Shown here: piece after piece, positions 56,680-64,000 of the stretch
Layout: every line of letters begins with the position of its first letter
Numbering within the stretch: the first letter of the stretch is position 1
NCBI GenBank assembly: GCA_964247055.1
Contig: OZ176051.1
Span: 11,036,001-11,100,000 of the forward strand
Reading direction: 5' to 3'
Source of the DNA: Paragordius varius
Lineage: Eukaryota > Animalia > Nematomorpha
Length of the DNA: 64,000 bases
Notes under the pieces: model-generated
Seen by the model: the letters and a program-made list of their open reading frames with translations, nothing else
What the model was told of the DNA's origin: nothing
The model's database searches: none
Program-made: the position numbers and the translations under genes

Positions 56680-57140
56680 TATAGAAGATTTTATCTTCAT
56701 TACTCTTATCTAGTTAATAAAGAATTGCGATGTTGGCTATATTTACCATTAGGTTTTTCATTGAATAATATCAATTTTTTTGAATAAATTTTTTTAGTTG
56801 GATTCATCCATATTATATCGGGGCAAACTTTGCAAGATTATAATTTTTTCCATTTTATAAAATATTTAAATATAAACCGGTCTGGAATCCCCAACGACCC
56901 TAATATTAATCTAAGGACATTAAGTGTTCCATCCAAGTGTTTAAGTTATTTATTTTTCAACGTGTTAATAAAATTTCGTCAACCCACAACCTTCCAGTGT
57001 GTACCTCTTGTCAGATGCATTTTTATTTTGTTTATGCTAATAAAATTAATTTCTAAAATTGTATTAGCCAATTTTTCTCGAAAAACTCATAAATTTAAAA
57101 AGGTTTAAATTCTTTTAATTGGGAGAATACATATAAAGCA

Positions 57141-57349
57141 ATGGTTAAGGAAGAAGTTCTTAAATATCAACATCAACCTCTTGATTATATCGAACCTAGG
57201 AAAGAATTATGGGATAAATACATGGAGAGATACAAAGAACGTTTGGAAAAAGCCAACAAAAAACCGATAACTATAACACTTAAAGATGGAAAACAAAAGG
57301 AGGGAAATTCATGGCAAACCACGCCATTAGACATTGCGAAATCTCTAAG
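57141..57349 (+). CDS. TARS1: Threonyl-tRNA synthetase, cytoplasmic, first identified coding exon
   Basis: PLDYIEPRKELWD...KPITITLKDGKQ...SWQTTPLDIA (start of the TGS region); donor AG|GTATTT. An upstream exon is not excluded. Confidence 0.88.
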
Positions 57350-57374
57350 GTATTTAAATATATGTAACATTTAG

Positions 57375-57490
57375 TAATTCTTTGGCGGAATCTGCTGTCA
57401 TATCAAAGGTTGATGGGGAATTATGGGATTTAGAACGACCATTAGAAAAATCTTGCAAATTGGAAATCCTAACGTTTAACGATGATGAAG
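57375..57490 (+). CDS. TARS1: ThrRS exon 2
   Basis: SNSLAESAVISKVDGELWDLERPLEKSCKLEILTFNDDE; follows a 25-nt GT-AG intron. Confidence 0.92.
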
Positions 57491-57867
57491 GTATTTTAAA
57501 TTGTAACTTTAAAAATTTTATTAACAAATATATCTAATAAAATTTTGATATTGTATTTTATTTTTTTAAATTTTTTACCAAAGTTATATATATAATTAGG
57601 GTTATAAGTGCGCGAACAATTGTTTTGAATGAAATTTTTATGTAATCCTAATTATTTGGCCCTTTAGCTGTTTAAGGAACGATGAGATTTCGCCAATGTT
57701 TATAATTAAAAATTTAACAATCCAAATTTTAAAAGTAAAAATTATATTTATTATATTATAATTTCGTTTTCATCTAAAATATTAGAAACTGATAATTATA
57801 TCAATTCTCAATGTATGCAAAAAAGCCTATATTTTTTTAAAAATCATTTTTTGAAATATAAATAAAG

Positions 57868-57997
57868 GAAAACAAGTATTTTGGCACAGTACGGCCCATG
57901 TATTAGGCGAAGCCATGGAATGCAAATATGGCGGTTTGCTGTGTTATGGTCCTCCGATCGAAAATGGATTTTATTACGATATGTTTATGCAGGATAA
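57868..57997 (+). CDS. TARS1: ThrRS exon 3
   Basis: [18 protein letters not shown]...[14 protein letters not shown] (editing domain); splice phases consistent. Confidence 0.93.
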
Positions 57998-58608
57998 GTA
58001 ATATTTTTACTTTTGAATTTTATATGAATTGCTACAATTTTTATATCTTGTATTTTCATATAGGTTTATGCACGATTTAAAATTAACTATTTTTAAATAA
58101 CATTAAGTGGTATATGCATAATAAATATAATTTAGTTTTGTTTGTTAAATTTGCAGTTACTGCATCGGATTATTTATCTTCAATATTTTATTGCCGCAAT
58201 CAAATATATTTATAAAATAAGTTAAGGCATTATATTGGTTTGAGAAAATTTTAATTAGTAGAATTAAATTTTATGAACCGACAGTGAACCCCGTTCTGGA
58301 TACCGACTGTTTTTAAATTGACATAACTAGTTATAATCGTAGTTGACTTGCAACAAACATTATAGTTTAGGTAATGAAGCTCTCATAATGAGCTCAAAAT
58401 TATGAAAAATATTTAATCATTTTTTATTTTTATTTCATCAAAAACGGACACAAAGCGGATAAGATCCCATAATATTTTCCACAATCGGTCTATTTTTTAT
58501 GCTATATTAAAGCTTTAAAAGATATATCATTCTTTTTAATCATTAACTAGTTTTATTTGTTACTATATACTTAGTTTAATATACATTTGCCATGTTATGC
58601 ATCGGCAG

Positions 58609-58726
58609 ATTGGTTTCGCAAAAAGATTATGCCGAATTAGAGGAGAATATGCGAAACTACATTAAAGAAAAACAACCATTTGAACGGCTGGAATTGACCA
58701 AAGAAGAACTTATGGATATGTTTAAA
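58609..58726 (+). CDS. TARS1: ThrRS exon 4
   Basis: LVSQKDYAELE...IKEKQPFERLELTKEELMDMFK. Confidence 0.92.
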
Positions 58727-59143
58727 GTGGGTAGAAAACTCATTGTGTTGACATAAGATTACTTTTTATATTAATATTTTCCCCTTACACCATACAAGTT
58801 TAATTACTGTTTAAATGATCTTATTTTTTGTCTTTATTCTAATAAAAATATGGATATTCTCTATATCTCTAATAAGTATTAATTCTATAAAAAATATTTT
58901 CAAATATAATTTAAATGATTGTTTGTAGCCAAATCTAAACTAAAATTTCTTTTTGTTATCAAACAATTTCCCCTCTTATCCATATAAATTTATTATTTAT
59001 ATTTGGTTTCCAAATACTCGTATAATAGCTTTATGATCCAATTAAAAAACTTTTATTTTTTCGGTAACATAATATATATATATATATCAAAAATCTTTCA
59101 TGCAGTATTGTTTTTTTTGCGTTAAATGGGTACAACTATTTGG

Positions 59144-59242
59144 TAAAGAATGGAAAAAACAAGAGCTCTATGGTAATTTTTATACTTTTTTAAATTAATA
59201 TATATTGTTAATACCATAGAGCTCTTGTTTTTCCATTCTTTA
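59144..59242. repeat. Short hairpin/mini-MITE in ThrRS intron 4
   Basis: ~32-bp arms TAAAGAATGGAAAAAACAAGAGCTCTATGGTA / TACCATAGAGCTCTTGTTTTTCCATTCTTTA. Confidence 0.85.
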
Positions 59243-59359
59243 TCTATTCCCATTTAACGAAAAAAAATAATAAATTTTTGATAAAATAAAGGATAAATGA
59301 CTGTAAATATATCTAAAATCTTTGATATACCATTATTTTTTTTATAAAACCTTCTTAAG

Positions 59360-59503
59360 TACAATGAATTTAAACTACGGATTTTGCGGGAGAAGGTGAC
59401 ATCACCAACTACGACAGTGTATAGGTGTGGACCTTTGATTGATTTGTGTCGAGGACCACATATTAGGCACACGGGAAAAATTAAAGCTTTTACCCTTACT
59501 AAA
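59360..59503 (+). CDS. TARS1: ThrRS exon 5
   Basis: YNEFKLRIL...[28 protein letters not shown]. Confidence 0.95.
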
Positions 59504-59603
59504 GTAAGTAGTATACTATTTTGTTCTCTCTTGCATTTGCTGCTTAATTAAATTATCTTTTTTTTGAACTAAACTTACGGGAAAAATTGAAATTTTACTA
59601 TAA

Positions 59604-60724
59604 CACTAGACAACAAATTTTTCTGCCACTCGAGTTTTTTGCATTTTTTGATATTTAATATCATTTTAACAGTAAATCTGAAATAAAAATTTTAACTCGT
59701 TGGAAGAATTTTGTATAATTTGATTTTTTAGATTAAGCGCCCTCTTTATCAAAATTTTACTAAAAAATGTTTTTCTTTAAAAAAATACAAGTAATGCCCA
59801 TTTGTAATATATCATTTGAAAGAGTATTAAAAACTCTATAAAATGTATACTAATATGTATTACATCGACAGTTAATATTGGGCACAAAGAGCGACAAATG
59901 CGCGAAGCGAGACCATTTTTTTTATTGATATATTTTTAAAACTAATGGATGAAAATAGCTTAAACTTTGTCTGGATGGTGATGAATGTCCAAAAAAGATA
60001 ACACAAAAAAGTTTTTTTTGATTAAAACATTTTTTATTGCTTTTATGTCACTCAAAACAGCCATTTTTAAGTTTTTTGTTTTTTAAAAATTACGATCTCA
60101 TTAATATTAATTTATTTTCTTTACAAGGCTGATAATTTCGAAAATTTAAAGATAAAAAAGTTTAAGGTATTTTTGATCTTTTATAGCCATTATATAATAA
60201 ATTTACAGTTATAACTATGCATTTTAGTATCCACTAGGTAAAATATTTATGATAATAATAATTTTTATTAAAAAAGCAAACCAAAAGCTTTTTCAAACAT
60301 TTTTTTTAAATTAAATACTAATATAACCCTAATAATTATATTAAAATAATTTATATGATTTTCAAATTAGTTTGTCTGTGAAAATTCTTGACTTATTTAA
60401 GGATTGAAAATTTTGACCATTTAAATCCAAATAACTTTTACATCCGATGGATTTAAATGACTTACTACCATTTAAAAGATGCAGTTTTTTGCGCTCTTTC
60501 GAATGATATAAAATGCATGGCTTCATATCTAAAACTTTAAATTTTTGAAATTTCGAATTTAATGTTAAATCGGGGCCAAAAATTATCGATAAACTCTAAT
60601 ACAAAAAAATTCTTCCATGTAAGACCAATTTTCTTTTCATACATACTAATTATGTACTTTAATGAAATAAATTTTAAATTTACAAGAATGGCAGTTAAAA
60701 AAAGTTAAAATTTGTTGTCTAGTG
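59604..60724. mobile_element. Non-autonomous Tc1/mariner-like element in ThrRS intron 5
   Basis: TIRs CACTAGACAACAAATTT / AAATTTGTTGTCTAGTG followed by TA; no coding capacity. Confidence 0.6.
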
Positions 60725-60779
60725 TAATTAAAGTATAATTGTATATTTATATATCTTTGGTTCATATATACCTTTCAGA

Positions 60780-61025
60780 GTTCAAATTCACCCTTAAACA
60801 ATATAAATTCAACCTAAAATAAATTATGTGTATTTTAAGATTAAATATTACCTATATTTTTTCATATTTTTAAAAATGAAATTTTGTATCTAATCAAAAT
60901 AATACTGAAAAAATAATAAACTTTACCATTAAAATATTAATTTAAATGATAAATTATATTAGCCAAAAATTTCATAATTTAGTTTTAAGTTGAATTTTAA
61001 TTGTTTGAGGGTGAATTTTTGTTCA
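60780..61025. mobile_element. ~250-bp MITE family; further copies at ~62910-63155, ~63860-end and ~51295-51480
   Basis: Arms AAATTCACCCT.AAACAA / TTGTTTGAGGGTGAATT. Confidence 0.55.
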
Positions 61026-61475
61026 ATGGTCAATTTAAAATGATATATTTATATAATTTTTTTGCATTGATAAAATTAAGGACATCAAATAGACAGAGTG
61101 AAAAATTGTTGGTAATATGCCCGTTTTTATTTCAAACGCGTTATTGTAGGAAAGGAGTTTTATGCATTTTCAGTCATAATTTAATTACACATACAATAAA
61201 AAATTGATATAAACGTATTATTAAATAAGAATTTTGTTTTAAAAACAACCATACTTTTCTAAACCTCCATTATCCCCTTATAAACCACCATATAAATTAC
61301 AATTTATATATATAATAATTGAGTGATTACCATTTGGATCCAAATCGATAAATTTTATTAAATACACTAAATAGAGATATAAAAATATTGTTGTCCAAAA
61401 AAATATTTGTCTTTTACTTTTTATGAATATTTTTTTTCTCTATACAGTATGCTATTAATACCTGCATATTTCACA

Positions 61476-61597
61476 CTATAGTTGGGCAATTTTCAACACA
61501 GGAGTGTATGGAAAAAAGAAAGGAAAAAATTGTGTTTATTTAACATTTTATTGTTTTTTCCATACACTCCTATGTGTTGCAAATTGGCCAACTATAG
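61476..61597. mobile_element. ~120-bp hairpin MITE in ThrRS intron 5
   Basis: ~43-bp arms CTATAGTTGGGCAATTTTCAACACAGGAGTGTATGGAAAAAA / TTTTTTCCATACACTCCTATGTGTTGCAAATTGGCCAACTATAG. Confidence 0.8.
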
Positions 61598-61712
61598 TTT
61601 GAATTAAGCAATTATAATTTTTACTTTTGTGGCGTCTCCTTTATTTTTATGAATAGTTTTGTCTTTCTAGATAATTTTTTTTACTTTTACTTTTGTGTGG
61701 CATCAATGTCAG

Positions 61713-61859
61713 AATTCTGCCACGTTTTGGGAGGGCGATAACACAGCCGAACATTTGCAACGCATTTATGGCATTTCGTTTCCTGACTCCAAACAGCTTA
61801 AGGAATGGAAAGTCGCCCAAGAGGAAGCAGCTAAGAGAGACCATAGAAAGATTGGACGA
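61713..61859 (+). CDS. TARS1: ThrRS exon 6
   Basis: NSATFWEG...[11 protein letters not shown]...RDHRKIGR. Confidence 0.95.
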
Positions 61860-62711
61860 GTAATACATTACACTTTTTATGCTTCTAGAATGTTCCTTCT
61901 TCTTAACACTTCAAGTTGATCCTTAAACATTTTAATTTTCAAAAAACCATAATTTATGGCATGTATAAATCTATGTTATCAATGTTTAACCTAATATCCA
62001 CATTTAATAAAAACAACTTTTTTCTAAAATTATTAACATTTTTGTTTAAAAAAACCTAGTTTTAAAAATAATAATAATCTTTTTCAAGAGCTTTTTAGAC
62101 TTACTATCGTTTTTAACGAGAGATCAAATTCATAACTTAATTTAGTCCTAACCTTATATTTATCTTTTAAAATATTTTTGAAAAACGTTCGTATTGAAGA
62201 AAAGTCTATATTGATTATAAATATGTTAAAAATAATAGGATAGATGAATGAGTCATAGCTTATTAATTATTGTTATAATCAAAATAAAAAAAGGGAACTT
62301 GAAAATGGTTAATGAGCAACTTGAAGTACGAAAGTCATATATTTGATTTTTGACCAGTCAAAAAATTACAACCAATTACCGATGTATATGAACCGTAATT
62401 ATTGCCACAAATACGTAAAATAATCTTACCCAAACTAATGATTGTAATAATCACAATACAATAAAAAAATTACTCAAATGTGAAAAAATTGTATTAAATA
62501 AATGAGGCACGTGATAGACATTTTAGTTAGCAGCCACTATTAAGGTCATAAATATTTTCAAAACCAAAAACTTGTTAAAAAAATTAGACAAGCATACTTT
62601 TTTATTACAGATTTTGACACATGATACTTACAAAAAAATTCAACTTTTATATCTTTTAATGCAAAAAAACTTGCTTGCTTCATTTTTTTCCGTCTACTAT
62701 AATTATTTTAG

Positions 62712-62906
62712 GATCAAGAACTTTTCTTTTTCCACGAACTCAGTCCCGGGTCCTGCTTTTTTTATCCGAAGGGAGCGCATATTTACAACACTTTGGTCGA
62801 TTTTATCAGGGGTGAATATAAACGCCGTGATTTCACGGAAGTCATTACACCCAACATGTACAACGCTAAACTTTGGCAAATATCTGGACATTGGCAACAC
62901 TATGCG
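62712..62906 (+). CDS. TARS1: ThrRS exon 7
   Basis: [21 protein letters not shown]...[23 protein letters not shown]. Confidence 0.95.
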
Positions 62907-63633
62907 GTATATATAAAGCATTTACAGTTTAAATTCACCCTTGAACAATTCAATTTCACCCTAATAATAAATTATGTGTTTTCGAACTAATATAAATCAT
63001 TAATAATATGAAATTTATCTTTATGGCATAGTTGATTTTTTCAGTATTATTTTAATTTAAAACATTTTTTATTTTTTAAAAAATATAAAATTATAGGTAA
63101 TTTTTAATCTCAAAAAAATATATTTGATTTGAGGGTGAATTCGAATGTATATATAAAAGATGAAACTTTTTTTCTCGATTAAAGGCAATAGTTTTTTACT
63201 TTTTTTAAAAAAAATGTAAGGTAAACATATTCAGTAATTTACAATTACAACTATTTTGAATAAAGATGTTTCTTAAATATTAATAGATGAAATGGTTTTG
63301 AAACTAAAAGTATTTTTTGACAATATGGATATCTTTGGATGTTTTCACATATTTGCCATTTTTGAAAAATATTACGTTTTATTCAGATATTCAAATTACT
63401 TTCTCATACGTTACATATATCATTTTTTTAAATAGTTGTTTGTCGGTCAAATTTAGCATTTAATATTTTTAACACCGACCAATTTTTAAATATTTTTGAT
63501 TATAAATTATGCTTATATTATTTATTTATAGAATAAAATTTTACAAATTTGCCGTTTTTTCACACTAATATAAAACATATCAATATTTTTTTGAAGAATG
63601 TCAATTTTAAAGTAAAATACCCCCTATTTTTAG

Positions 63634-63820
63634 GATAACATGTTTATTATTGATGAAAATTGTCCGGGCTCTAATAAAAATCAATCATCCATGAATGATA
63701 CACAAACTGAAAACCCGACAAATATATTTGCTAATGGTGCCTCCACCAAAAATACTGATGATAGCAACACTGCAACGATTGAAGCATCATTTTCTCATTC
63801 GTTAAATTTAGCTCCTACAA
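63634..63820 (+). CDS. TARS1: Probable ThrRS exon 8 carrying a lineage-specific insertion; gene continues beyond the window
   Basis: Acceptor TTTTTAG|GAT AAC ATG TTT gives DNMF, the expected continuation of HWQHYA(E/D)NMF in phase 0. It is followed by ~58 low-complexity codons; candidate donor A|GTATAC at 63820/63821 (3' end uncertain). Confidence 0.6.
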
Positions 63821-64000
63821 GTATACAAATCAAAACATTTAATAAACCATATTATATAAATATTATTTACAATTCGAATAAACTTCTAATCTCTTACAAT
63901 TCAAAAATACCCTCAAATAAAATATATATGTTTTTAAGATTGAAAATTACCTATATTTTTATATATTTTTAAAAAATAAAAATTTTGTTTTAGAATAAAA

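Noticed and set aside
57141-62906. Non-standard genetic code
   Set aside because: All conserved ThrRS, sulfotransferase and GPCR exons read correctly in the standard code with no in-frame stops.
63640-63972. Stand-alone 110-aa gene
   Set aside because: Its start follows a splice acceptor in phase with ThrRS, and its 3' part runs into an intronic MITE family.

Overview
This is very AT-rich animal (invertebrate-type) genomic DNA; the species cannot be determined from the sequence. It holds three apparently intact genes. (1) A two-exon rhodopsin-class peptide-type GPCR on the minus strand (18125-16742 + 13443-13043, ~594 aa). (2) A Sulfotransfer_2-type carbohydrate sulfotransferase on the minus strand, with catalytic exon 31579-30342 and a probable signal-anchor exon 13 kb upstream at 44656-44584. 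(3) The 5' two-thirds of cytoplasmic threonyl-tRNA synthetase on the plus strand (from 57141, 8 exons, running out of the window). A probably decayed micro-exon gene for a small secreted Pro/Gly-rich peptide lies at 25292-24491 (minus) and is missed by the ORF track. The rest is layered transposon debris: Gypsy, CR1-like and RTE LINEs, three hAT lineages with clean 8-bp TSDs, Harbinger, mariner/Tc1, TTAA-specific MITEs and foldback elements. The strongest finding is a Gypsy LTR element (46119-50703) whose RT/RNaseH region is replaced by an intronless ~1.7-kb fragment of the RNA polymerase II largest-subunit (RPB1) coding sequence, including NADFDGD and the bridge helix. A 103-bp inverted piece of the element's own pol sits at one junction, and gag-protease is still open. 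Other notable points are a 25-nt intron and a ~50-aa insertion in ThrRS. All family assignments come from motif recognition by eye, and percent identities are hand estimates; no searches were run.
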